Source of the DNA: a phage
Direction: 5' to 3' (one strand)
DNA length: 64,000 bases
Sequence record: PZ171032.1
Shown: piece by piece, positions 8,445 through 16,943 of the stretch
Layout of the letters: the number at the start of each line of letters is the position of its first letter
Position numbering within the stretch: the stretch's first letter is position 1
The notes under the pieces: model-generated
What the model saw: the letters and a program-made list of their open reading frames with translations, nothing else
Database searches by the model: none
Told to the model about the DNA's origin: nothing
Made by a program: the position numbers and the translations under genes

Positions 8445-8653
8445 TCAACACACATGCATCTGAAGAGATATCCGAAGGAGTGACCATATGTCCCTTGGCT
8501 GAGCTAGGGAAAGAGGAAAACTTCGATTCTGAAGATTCTCCATCTCCGTCCCAGGGAGACCCTGAGGCTGATGACCTAACGTGGGAGGATATCATAGCCA
8601 TCTGGTTCTCTATTATGCCTGAGCACGAAGAGTTCAGAGGTGGGAGACTATGA
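8441..8653 (+). CDS. hypothetical acidic protein
   Basis: ATGA coupling to upstream peptide; acidic. Confidence 0.5.
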   Translation: MINTHASEEISEGVTICPLAELGKEENFDSEDSPSPSQGDPEADDLTWEDIIAIWFSIMPEHEEFRGGRL

Positions 8654-8774
8654 AGCACCGAGCCCACACAGGTTCCTCATGCTTTAGCATGGCCTGAAGA
8701 GGCAAACGTGCATAATTCCTGTGCATTGGAACGTATAAAACCCTGTTCACACTCTCATTTCCAGAGGAGATTTC

Positions 8775-8990
8775 ATGAAAATAGAAATATTTGGTGGGGC
8801 TGACAACACTCGTGGCCTGATTTACCTTGAATTCGATGAATCATACCTGCCAGAGGTGTTAAATATGGACTCTGTTGCTGAGGCTTTGGGGGTAAGTCCT
8901 AAAGAACTCCACTCTTGTGCTGAGATCGATGGTTGGGAAGAGACCATGAACATTGATTTCAGTGAAGTAGGTGATGAACCGCTGGACTGA
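8775..8990 (+). CDS. hypothetical protein
   Basis: GAGGAG RBS upstream of ATG. Confidence 0.55.
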   Translation: MKIEIFGGADNTRGLIYLEFDESYLPEVLNMDSVAEALGVSPKELHSCAEIDGWEETMNIDFSEVGDEPLD

Positions 8991-10489
8991 CACACAATAT
9001 TAGATGTCCGGCTAAAGTGCTGGAAGCACCTATAGCATATCTTTCAACTAAATTTCCTACCACCACAATCACTTACCTCCCACACATGACTGTTTGCTTG
9101 TTTAGTGAGCAGTCATGCCTTGACATTCTTGCCTATCCTGATAAAATTAAGTTCTTCTCTTTTCTTTTACCGAGTAATTCGGGTTTTCTGTTCTCTTCGG
9201 TTTGAAGGGGTATGGAGATACACCTGAGTGAACAGGGTGAACAACCGAACATTCGGCTATGGCATTAGCATGGCGAAGCGAACGGGTGACGAAAGAGGGG
9301 CCGGAGGACACCAGTCACTGCCATATGATATATGGGTGATAACCTGAAGAGTCTGAATAAGTGTTTAAGTACCAGTCAGAGGAAAAGGTGAATGGTAGCC
9401 GAAGGGGGAGGGGGGGTTTCTTGTATCTTTAATTTGTATATTATGTATACACTTGTAAACCAATTTCATCTGAATCTGTTTACCATACAAAGTGGATTGA
9501 GACAAATATTACCTATTAAACTTGAATTATTTATAGAAAATACCACAACACACCTTAAGTCTTTGATTTTACACATAAATCCTACAGATATTCAACCTCC
9601 ATATTTAACATACTTGTAACATATCCTATACCACACCTGCCTGATCAATTTCCCCAACTACATCCTCTATATTTTACCTGCCTGTACTACCCCTGCCCCG
9701 CCGGGAGTCCCGTCATATCTGGCTTTCCAGCAAATATCCCACCAACAAATATCATTGCCTGAAGAGGGTTTCATCCCATAATACATGCCTTATCTGAAGA
9801 GCGCTTCATACACCACGTAAATTTTTTAATTGACCCCTCCCCGCCGCCGGAGAGGTTGGCTTTTCCCACACAGACCTGAAGAGTCAGCCAGAAATATCTG
9901 AATAGGCCCAATTCTACCACGATTTTGACCTGACCTACAGGGAGGCCCGAAGGGTCTAGCTTTCAGCTAGAGTCCTTGCAGGACCTACAGGAGTGCTGCC
10001 AGGCGGACGGAATGGGAATACTTCTCATTTTTATAATAATTCTCAAATATCGAGGCAGTGAGGCAAATTAATAGGTGAGGCCGTTCACACAGTGGCACAA
10101 CATTTGCAACCTATCTTGTGTGGGGGAATGATAATACCTATCATTGTGAGAACCATTATCATTACGGGCAATTTAACATAATACCCATTATGCGCACCAC
10201 TGGCGATACATACAGGGATTGATAACATGAGTTACAGTTTACGCATATAACAATTATATTTCTTATCATTTGTGTGGGATATAGTTAGCAGCCAATAGAT
10301 TAGATATTGACCTGCATACTTCCAACCGTCTAGACGTCTAAACGCCCACACACCAAGGATTATACATACACTCCTGAATGTAAACAGGGCCGCAAAAATG
10401 CTACCATACAAGCTTGTAAATTTTTCATGCAGCACTTGACAAAGAGGAGAAAAACTTGTCTGACATAATGTGACCTAACTGACACAACA

Positions 10490-10590
10490 TGACACTTTTA
10501 CACACCTATTAGTTTACACACTGGATTGTTTACATTCCTGATTGTTCACATGCTAACCATTTACATGATTGACTGTTTACACACCGATAA
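10490..10590. repeat. iteron-like array of short direct repeats (TTTACACAC / TTTACAT, about 15-bp period)
   Basis: at least six copies of TTTACA(C/T) words spaced about 14-16 bp apart within 100 bp of ORF-free DNA. Confidence 0.5.
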
Positions 10591-10593
10591 TCA

Positions 10594-10613
10594 GCCATGC
10601 CATTCGTTTGCAT
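10594..10613. repeat. 20-bp direct repeat GCCATGCCATTCGTTTGCAT, copy 1
   Basis: exact 20-mer repeated at about 10825-10844. Confidence 0.6.
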
Positions 10614-10656
10614 GACAATAATTATACATGACAATAATCGCACTGATTATAATTAG

Positions 10657-10722
10657 CATGACATAATATAAAAGCAGGGCAACTATTAGCAGATCTATAG
10701 TTGCCCTGCTTGTTATGTCATG
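10657..10722. repeat. long imperfect palindrome (perfect 15-bp arms AAGCAGGGCAACTAT / ATAGTTGCCCTGCTT, extended by CATGACATAA arms)
   Basis: reverse-complementary arms around a 9-nt centre, seen directly in the sequence. Confidence 0.6.
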
Positions 10723-10824
10723 ATTAACTAAATACAAGGCAACTATGATCTGATTAATAGTTTGCAGACAAACTATCACGGGGGTGATGGTTACTGCTTT
10801 TATATTATGTCGCGACTCCGTCGC

Positions 10825-10844
10825 GCCATGCCATTCGTTTGCAT
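10825..10844. repeat. 20-bp direct repeat GCCATGCCATTCGTTTGCAT, copy 2
   Basis: exact copy of 10594-10613; preceded by palindromic GTCGCGAC. Confidence 0.6.
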
Positions 10845-11461
10845 AGTTGCCTTATTGTTACAGGTAAAATAATTACATTATTAATTATTTCTTATCTTTC
10901 TCTTAGTCATCTAATGATTCCAGTCAGTATAGTAATGTACAGTAAACATTAGACGACTAAATATTTCTATGCTTATGATAACTTGCCGTGACAATTTCGG
11001 ACTGTTTACGAAAAATGTTGACACCTGGGCGGGTTTATGTTATGCAGTTTACACGAATAATTATTTCATACAGGTATTGACTATTCCGTTATTCTGTGGT
11101 TGGAATAAATACTTTGCAGGCTATAGAATGGTGTGCGTACGTGAATTCTAAGATCTGGCGGCTATAGTTACACCCGATTTTTCACGTAGAACACGCTTTT
11201 TGGTTTGTGTAAGTGTATGACTTATAAAGATTTTTAGTTGTTGACAGGATATTGAAGATGTGCATCAGGTTAAATTTTGTGCAATAGCTGCAGTACGTGC
11301 ATTTTTGGAAGGAAAAACGTGTAAAAATGGTCCTGCTACCACATAATGAAAGATTATGCAATAGCTATTTTATATGTATATTTGTACAGTGTGTGGGATT
11401 GATGGCTCGTCAATTATTCCACTTGCTGGGTGGGGCCGTTTGTGGTAGGAGGAGAGCAGAC

Positions 11462-11486
11462 AAAAAGAAAGGGGCCTAAGCCCCTT
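11462..11486 (-). terminator. rho-independent terminator (minus strand)
   Basis: minus-strand hairpin AGGGGC-TTAG-GCCCCT followed by a T-run, just past the stop of gene ending at 11506. Confidence 0.5.
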
Positions 11487-11505
11487 GATAATGTAAATTG
11501 TTGTA

Positions 11506-11770
11506 TTATTTGTTACTCATCCAGTTTTCCCAAGCTGCCTGATAATCTGCCTCACTGCGGCGGATCTCTTCTTGTTCTTCAAGCCGGATCTCTTCTTCCA
11601 GGTACCCCAAGATATCGGCTTTTTTTGGTCTGGCGTAACATCCAATCATCTTTTTTACGGGTAAAGATCTTATATGCTTTCTCGCAAACCTCTTTTTTGC
11701 TACCTTTTTGGACTTCAAGAACTTTGTAGGCCATGTACTGAACTAGTTTGAGCTGATCAAGACGTTTCAT
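11506..11770 (-). CDS. hypothetical protein, apparently interrupted by a frameshift at a homopolymeric A tract
   Basis: two overlapping track ORFs (11579-11770 and 11506-11718) in different frames; frame switch coincides with an A7 run; fused product would be about 88 aa. Confidence 0.4.
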
Positions 11771-11833
11771 GATGTTTACCTCTTTATGGGGTTCTGGTTT
11801 GGTGTGGGCCTTTTGGCCCGTGTCATTATCTTA

Positions 11834-12106
11834 TTACTTACGGCGGCAAAATTCAAGTGTTTTTAATTGATAATCTTCCTCAGCTTGGAGTACAACCGCC
11901 TCGATCATTTCGTTGGCATTGGTGAAGCCATACCCTTGAGCGAACTCATCCGCGCCACCTTCGTGATCATGTTCTGCGTTCATCGCTTCCACAAAATGGA
12001 ATTCAAGATTGTTGAGGTAAGGGCTTGATGTTCCGTCCTCTTTTTCGATGAGATCCCAGATAGCATTAAAACGTGATTCGACTTCTTGATTAATCCAGCT
12101 TGACAT
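11834..12106 (-). CDS. hypothetical acidic protein
   Basis: ORF with compact spacing; no motif. Confidence 0.6.
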   Translation of the reverse strand: MSSWINQEVESRFNAIWDLIEKEDGTSSPYLNNLEFHFVEAMNAEHDHEGGADEFAQGYGFTNANEMIEAVVLQAEEDYQLKTLEFCRRK

Positions 12107-12318
12107 AATGTTTTCCTCTCTTCTGGTTGTTGTGTGGGCACTTTTGCCCCTTCAAGATAAATGATACCCCCACCACCTGGCAGATGTCAACGGTTTTTAT
12201 AGTTTTTTATATAACAGGCACCCACGGTGATTGTCTCCCCCCGTCGCCAAGTGCCACCCGTGAGACAAGTATACCAAAAAACAGGACCATTGCAAGCCCT
12301 GTTTATAGTCTATAAGGA

Positions 12319-12510
12319 TTATATTTTTTCGCCTATGTAGTCCGGCCTATTCTTTTCGGTCATACGCTTAAGCATTTTTTGCATATGGCTTATAGCTTGT
12401 AATGTATCCTCTTCCAGGGATGAATCTAGATAATCAGGATCATTCTTCACCTTGCAATGATTATGATAACGCAGTACCGCCAGTACTTTTTTAACTTCTT
12501 CCGCTGTCAT
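12319..12510 (-). CDS. hypothetical protein
   Basis: ORF; no motif. Confidence 0.55.
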   Translation of the reverse strand: MTAEEVKKVLAVLRYHNHCKVKNDPDYLDSSLEEDTLQAISHMQKMLKRMTEKNRPDYIGEKI

Positions 12511-12518
12511 TATCGCGC

Positions 12519-12653
12519 CTAAAACAATGAGTTAATATATAACACCAGATCGCTGACTACCAGGACAACATTAATCAGCACATACCTAACCATAAAGGGA
12601 AAGATCGCCAACATTGCCGCCACGATCCCCATGGTAATAATTATCTTTCTCAT
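12519..12653 (-). CDS. tiny hydrophobic peptide (44 aa)
   Basis: ORF filling the gap before 12319-12510; TM-like IIITMGIVAAMLAIFPF and VLINVVLVV. Confidence 0.3.
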   Translation of the reverse strand: MRKIIITMGIVAAMLAIFPFMVRYVLINVVLVVSDLVLYINSLF

Positions 12654-12921
12654 GGTTAACGGTTCACGTAAGTTTTCCCGTTTACGGTTATCGGCAGATC
12701 CTCCAGGTCTGGATCTTCTTTAAGGTCGCGAGCAAGTTCACCGCACCGAACGCCCTCGAATCCGTAGTACTCTGTCGTGCCATCCTGGAAAGTTTTAGCG
12801 GCAAGGCATAGGCGATAAGTAACACCGATTTGATTGACGGCATGGATATCAGTTAGATCTACCTCTTTTGCCAGCTTTTTGGCGCTTACAGGGCCAACCA
12901 GGGGCGCTATTCGTAGGATAG

Positions 12922-12950
12922 AAATAAAAAGCCCCGCACAATGGCGGGGC
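12922..12950 (-). terminator. rho-independent terminator (minus strand)
   Basis: hairpin GCCCCGC-loop-GCGGGGC followed on the minus strand by TTTTTATTT; directly downstream of stop at 12959. Confidence 0.55.
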
Positions 12951-12958
12951 GTTGGTTG

Positions 12959-13156
12959 TTATTTGTCTTTATGGCGGTATCGTTCTGCCTGTCGTTCACG
13001 TTCCAAAAGTAGGCCGGGCAATTTACGATCATAATGGTTACGCCAGATCTTCCCAAACCTTTTTGGCTTATTCAGTTTATTGTTACGCTGGCGGCGTTCT
13101 GGCAGCTCTTCGGAATCATGAGGGCGCTTTACAATTTTCTCGAAATTAATTTTCAT
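12959..13156 (-). CDS. hypothetical highly basic small protein
   Basis: ATG at 13156 preceded by AAGGGGGG RBS (track start 13180 is upstream non-ATG); Arg/Lys-rich. Confidence 0.55.
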   Translation of the reverse strand: MKINFEKIVKRPHDSEELPERRQRNNKLNKPKRFGKIWRNHYDRKLPGLLLERERQAERYRHKDK

Positions 13157-13517
13157 ATATTCCCCCCTTACTGATCTCAATATTTGCCTGAATCGCCCGG
13201 ATACGGCGCTTTATAACTTCCTGATCTGTGTGGTCGTATCCCCAAAAGTCCACAATTTTTGCGCCCCCCGCCTCCAGGCGGTATAGTGTTTCCTGCATTT
13301 TGTAAGCCGGGATCGGTCGCGGTGTTACTTGGTCACCTTCTTTATTTTTATACTTTATAATATAATCTTCGTTATCGTTGAATGTCCAAAATGGATATTC
13401 TGCAAGGGCGGCACTTCCTCTTTCCTTTTTGTCCTGGATCTTATTTACAATTAAAGCCGTAGCAATAGCGCCAATAATAAAACTTGCCCCGCTGATCATG
13501 TTACTTTCTCCTTTCAT
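13146..13517 (-). CDS. hypothetical membrane-anchored protein
   Basis: N-terminal TM helix ISGASFIIGAIATALIV; AAGGAGA RBS. Confidence 0.6.
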   Translation of the reverse strand: MKGESNMISGASFIIGAIATALIVNKIQDKKERGSAALAEYPFWTFNDNEDYIIKYKNKEGDQVTPRPIPAYKMQETLYRLEAGGAKIVDFWGYDHTDQEVIKRRIRAIQANIEISKGGIYEN

Positions 13518-13575
13518 TGTGTTGATAAACTATCTTTATAGATGGCCCTGCTACCAGGACCACCGAAAAAACAGT

Positions 13576-13821
13576 TTATTTGACGATACCGACAAAACAG
13601 ATCCCGCCTTCCCCTATATAGGCAATATCGGTAATTTTATAATTTGTCAAGATCCGCGTGTTCAGCTCATTAATAAAATCGGTCATCGCGTTGGTGTAGT
13701 TGTCTTCCGTATCTAAGGCATAATCCCAGGTGTAAACCTTTTTACGTCCGAAGCCTTTTACCATGATACGGGCGCTTTTGGTGTTAGTAGGGGCATAATA
13801 CTTGGTGATTAGTGCTGCCAT
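13576..13821 (-). CDS. hypothetical protein
   Basis: AAGGAG RBS; downstream of conserved promoter element. Confidence 0.6.
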   Translation of the reverse strand: MAALITKYYAPTNTKSARIMVKGFGRKKVYTWDYALDTEDNYTNAMTDFINELNTRILTNYKITDIAYIGEGGICFVGIVK

Positions 13822-13862
13822 GGTTTTAACTCCTTTGCATTAGTTCAGTGTTAACAGTATAA

Positions 13863-13892
13863 AGTTTACTTTATTGATGGCCCTGGAGTCAA
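13863..13892 (-). promoter_or_regulatory. sigma70-type promoter within conserved repeat (TTGACT-N18-TAAACT), minus strand
   Basis: repeat element GATGGCC...GGCCATC-AATAAAG-TAAACT shared with the copy at 14484-14513; -35 sits in the loop of the inverted repeat. Confidence 0.5.
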
Positions 13893-13911
13893 GGCCATCT
13901 AAAAATAAATT

Positions 13912-14253
13912 TTACTCGTTTTCTTCCAGCTCTGAAAGCTCTTCTTTCACTTCTTCCAGCTCTGTCTGCAATTCCCGGTATTCTTCATCGTCCTCAATAT
14001 CCAGGCTGTCGATGTAGTCGCTAAATCCGCAGCGGTAAGCGATAGGATCTAACTCCTTGAGGATACGCGACGGAAGAAAAGAAATGTTTCCGATCATAAT
14101 TTCGCCGTAGATCTCGTCTAACCATTCATCATAGTTTTCGTCGTACTTGTCCTCGTCGATTTCAAAGTTATCGATCTTGTTCTCAAGGTCTGCGATCTGT
14201 TTTTTCAGCGCGGCGATCTGCATAGCTTTTTCTGCGGCGGTCATAGTAGTCAT
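13912..14253 (-). CDS. hypothetical acidic protein (coiled-coil-like composition)
   Basis: AAGGAGA RBS; highly charged composition. Confidence 0.6.
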   Translation of the reverse strand: MTTMTAAEKAMQIAALKKQIADLENKIDNFEIDEDKYDENYDEWLDEIYGEIMIGNISFLPSRILKELDPIAYRCGFSDYIDSLDIEDDEEYRELQTELEEVKEELSELEENE

Positions 14254-14304
14254 GGTGTTTTCTCCTTTTGTGTGTTCTGGGAAGTTTTCCCGTTTACGTG
14301 TCTA

Positions 14305-14332
14305 AGTATACCGATTTGGGTTAGCTTGTCAA
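14305..14332 (-). promoter_or_regulatory. sigma70-type promoter (TTGACA-N16-TATACT), minus strand
   Basis: hexamers read on minus strand upstream of gene starting at 14253; followed by short hairpin GGGAA-AAC-TTCCC in the leader. Confidence 0.45.
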
Positions 14333-14452
14333 TTAAAAATTTAAGAAAAATTTTGCGACACCGTTGGCGCTACCCATCAACATTTGCGCCAGGATGTACC
14401 CAATGATGCAAACGATGATGGTTACCTTTGTGTGCTGGCGTGTAGTGCTCAT
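14333..14452 (-). CDS. tiny hydrophobic peptide (39 aa)
   Basis: AAAGGAGG RBS then ATG; TM-like VTIIVCIIGYILAQMLM. Confidence 0.3.
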   Translation of the reverse strand: MSTTRQHTKVTIIVCIIGYILAQMLMGSANGVAKFFLNF

Positions 14453-14483
14453 CTTCAAGCCTCCTTTTAGCCTAACTGAGATT

Positions 14484-14513
14484 AGTTTACTTTATTGATG
14501 GCCCTGGTGTCAA
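14484..14513 (-). promoter_or_regulatory. sigma70-type promoter within conserved repeat (TTGACA-N18-TAAACT), minus strand
   Basis: second copy of the about 45-bp element seen at 13863-13892. Confidence 0.5.
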
Positions 14514-14531
14514 GGCCATCTAAAAATAAAC

Positions 14532-14927
14532 TCAATAAGTTTTTAGTACTTTCCCGTCCAATCTGTCAAGCTGGATCTCGATAGCTGCAGAAAACCTATT
14601 GTAAACCACATCACCCAGGGAGTCCAGCCAATCTATGACGTTATATACCTGCTCTTTATTCTTGCAAGTCCGGATCCGTTTCATTACGTAAGACGGATCA
14701 ATATTAGCGCTCTCGTTGTTGTGGTCCTGCGCATGGCCTGCTGCGCTAGTTATAGATTTTACAACCACCTGAAAGGGCTTTAAGGTGCCTTTTGCGTTCA
14801 TCTCACGCGCTTTTGCTGCGCGGTTGTTATATGTTACACAACGGCGGCAAATGTTGACCAAATGCATATCAATAATTTTTTCATCGTTTGCCAGTTCGTT
14901 CATGATGCGGCGTACGTTCTTATTCAT
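14532..14927 (-). CDS. hypothetical protein
   Basis: ORF downstream of promoter 14976-15003; no motif. Confidence 0.6.
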   Translation of the reverse strand: MNKNVRRIMNELANDEKIIDMHLVNICRRCVTYNNRAAKAREMNAKGTLKPFQVVVKSITSAAGHAQDHNNESANIDPSYVMKRIRTCKNKEQVYNVIDWLDSLGDVVYNRFSAAIEIQLDRLDGKVLKTY

Positions 14928-14975
14928 GATCTTTTTCCTTTGTGCTGGCGGGAAACATTCCCGCCTTTTGTGTCT

Positions 14976-15003
14976 AGTTTACTTAAATTTTGCAGCGTGT
15001 CAA
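14976..15003 (-). promoter_or_regulatory. sigma70-type promoter (TTGACA-N16-TAAACT) with leader hairpin, minus strand
   Basis: hexamers on minus strand; hairpin GGCGGGA-loop-TCCCGCC at about 14948-14966 lies in the leader. Confidence 0.45.
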
Positions 15004-15009
15004 TGATTT

Positions 15010-15408
15010 TTATTCGTGGGCGCATGTTACAATGTGTTTTTTATAGCCCAGGTGGTCAGCAAGTGCCGACAAAAACTCTTCTTCGTAGATCCAGCCGTCG
15101 GCAGTGATCCCCATAGCATTTAATGCGCTCTCAAGTGCTGCGTTAGCTTTATCGTAACCGTGACCGCTCGCCTTGCCGCCAGTATAACCGTACTTATTGT
15201 TCTTGTTGTCGTGAATCCAAAACACGCAGTAGTGAGTGTTCCCGCTGGCGGCGGCATAATACCGGATCTCAGCTACTTCGTGCAAATTATTGCCATCGTC
15301 CAGGCCAACCAGATTATAAGCCTTGTAGAATCCACGATCACGGCGGCAGTTCTTGACATCAGAAAAAGAAAAGTCCGCATTATCAAAATTAAAGGTAGTG
15401 GTTTTCAT
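15010..15408 (-). CDS. hypothetical protein
   Basis: ORF; no motif. Confidence 0.6.
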   Translation of the reverse strand: MKTTTFNFDNADFSFSDVKNCRRDRGFYKAYNLVGLDDGNNLHEVAEIRYYAAASGNTHYCVFWIHDNKNNKYGYTGGKASGHGYDKANAALESALNAMGITADGWIYEEEFLSALADHLGYKKHIVTCAHE

Positions 15409-15472
15409 GATTTTATCCTCTTAGTGTCTTTTGTGCTTTTAGTGTATTTGGTGTCGGACTATATGTCAATAC

Positions 15473-15670
15473 TTATTTTTTATTAAACCAGTGGTTGATC
15501 TGGCCTTTTGTCAGGGCGCAACGATTAAGCTGTTGCCGGGTATAGCTCTGACCGCGACGGAATTTATAAAGGCCTTGCCCGTTGTTGATGGTTACGTCCA
15601 CCTGGCAAACCATTTGATCGGTGACGGCCTGGCGAGTGTTGCGACGTACTTTAATTCCGTAGGCGTTCAT
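15473..15670 (-). CDS. hypothetical protein
   Basis: ORF; no motif. Confidence 0.5.
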   Translation of the reverse strand: MNAYGIKVRRNTRQAVTDQMVCQVDVTINNGQGLYKFRRGQSYTRQQLNRCALTKGQINHWFNKK

Positions 15671-15687
15671 GATTTTTATCCTCTCTG

Positions 15688-15930
15688 TTAATTAGTGTGG
15701 TGTTGTTCACCTTGCGAGGATAAGAATAACAGAACTATCCGAGCTGTCAACCATTGGTTAGAATTATTTTTTGGGCAGAATTCTCCAGCCGCCGCCCCTG
15801 CCAGGTTAACCATCATTTTTTCGTACTCTTCTTTATGTTCCAACGCTCCCGCCATAGCCTTTTCAACCAGGGTGATAGCCTCAGCGTCATTAATCGCTAC
15901 ATTTCCCAGGTGAGTAGCATTACCTTTCAT
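15688..15930 (-). CDS. hypothetical protein
   Basis: ORF; no motif. Confidence 0.55.
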   Translation of the reverse strand: MKGNATHLGNVAINDAEAITLVEKAMAGALEHKEEYEKMMVNLAGAAAGEFCPKNNSNQWLTARIVLLFLSSQGEQHHTN

Positions 15931-16087
15931 TTTTGCACCTCCTCTTCAATTGTTTACCCTACAGCATGGGCCTACCAGGTTTGCAAGATTTCACCCTCTC
16001 CCACCTGGTCAGTTAGGTCCTGCCAGGCTGGCCCCGCCAGGTTGCAACGGTTAGCGCATCAGGTTAGAAAAATTTTTTGAAAAGGTG

Positions 16088-16116
16088 TTGACAGCGGCCC
16101 CGCCAGGTGGCACAAT
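16088..16116 (+). promoter_or_regulatory. promoter-like element (TTGACA-N17-CACAAT) of tandem unit 1
   Basis: perfect -35 hexamer, weak -10 with upstream TG; heads the first of two homologous about 80-nt units. Confidence 0.35.
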
Positions 16117-16129
16117 ATACCTATCGAAA

Positions 16130-16350
16130 GGACGGCAGGCACCGGTGACGGGGGAGACAACCACCGGGGATGGGCGCTGCATAAAATGAGAACGGTTATC
16201 ATTATCATTTAAAAATTTATGCAAAAAATCCTTGCCTTCTTTGTCCTGTGTGATACTATAATAACAAGCCGGGGCAACAGGGGCCGGGAGACAATCACCG
16301 GGCCTGCCCGTTATTCTGCAAACGAGAATGATTATCATTCAAAATTCTAA
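16130..16350 (+). ncRNA. candidate pair of tandem small-RNA or regulatory units (no family assigned)
   Basis: two homologous segments (GGGAGACAAYCACCGGG ... GAGAAYGRTTATCATT) each preceded by its own promoter-like element; no convincing ORF. Confidence 0.3.
16232..16259 (+). promoter_or_regulatory. promoter-like element (TTGCCT-N16-TGaTACTAT, extended -10) of tandem unit 2
   Basis: hexamers with extended -10 TG. Confidence 0.4.
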
Positions 16351-16458
16351 ATGAGAACTCCTCGCATTTAATAAATTTAATTAGCACGCTAATTACCCTC
16401 CGTAACAATTTCCTATAAAATAGTATCCACTAAAATATTCCCATATAGAAATTTTAAA

Positions 16459-16633
16459 AATCCATTTCTGAAAACGAAAAATCGATTTCGTCCCCAAAAA
16501 TTTCAGGTCGAGAGCCGGAACGATTTCCAGAAAATCCGATTCAGAAAACGAAAAACAGATCGAGTACTGAGAAATTTATCGAGAAAAATTTTCAGAAAAT
16601 TCAATCTTTGAAACGAAAAACAGATCGAGTACT
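16459..16633. repeat. direct repeats GAAAACGAAAAA(C/T)(A)GATCGAGTACT (three copies, about 70-85 bp apart)
   Basis: 25-mer repeated almost exactly at about 16544 and 16610, partial copy at about 16459; additional AAATCCATTTT words nearby. Confidence 0.5.
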
Positions 16634-16943
16634 TGGAAAGCTGCGCCACAACTTCAAGGTAGTGGTTGGATTATTACTATAAAAGGTCAAGGGTAAGTGG
16701 GGGAAGTTCTAGTAGAAGGGTGTGAGCATGTGCGGGAAATCTGTAATGGTGGTCTGGAATATGGTGCAGACGATAGGATGAGTGGTTCATCTCGTCGTGC
16801 CTGCTCTGAAAAATCCATTTTAGTTTTCGATCCATTTTCTGATTTTCTAAGGATTTTAAAATATCCTGGTAGGTAAAATATCAAAAGGAGGAAATCCATT
16901 TTAGAAATCCTCCTGATCTCTGGCAACCTGATAACTTAAAATA

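Noticed and set aside
9169-9190. Weak hairpin plus T-rich tract after the last plus-strand early gene
   Set aside because: The stem is only about 4-5 bp with mismatches; too weak to call a terminator confidently.
9017-11479. Track ORFs 9017-9205, 9392-9619, 10232-10435, 10591-10779, 10969-11151, 11297-11479
   Set aside because: Low-complexity or Cys/Leu/Phe-skewed translations lying across repeats, without RBS or gene-array context; treated as spurious.
9000-11500. tRNA genes in the long non-coding region
   Set aside because: No cloverleaf-compatible segment was found by eye: no GTTCGAATC-type T-loop with matching acceptor stem on either strand. Not excluded without a tRNA scan.
12834-13149. 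Plus-strand track ORFs 12834-13034 and 12952-13149 within the minus-strand gene block
   Set aside because: Arg/Ser-skewed translations antisense to a coherent minus-strand gene and its terminator; a possible minus-strand ORF at about 12660-12900 also lacks a canonical start.
16440-16640. Possible CRISPR array suggested by repeated 25-bp words
   Set aside because: Only about three copies, with irregular spacing, imperfect identity and A-rich low-complexity content; no cas genes; direct repeats or regulatory sites explain it better.
16051-16926. Track ORFs 16051-16338 (-) and 16687-16926 (-)
   Set aside because: They run through the tandem repeat units and direct repeats and have Pro/Ser/Arg-skewed composition; more likely repeat artefacts, although 16687-16926 has an AGGAGGA-like sequence upstream and cannot be fully excluded.
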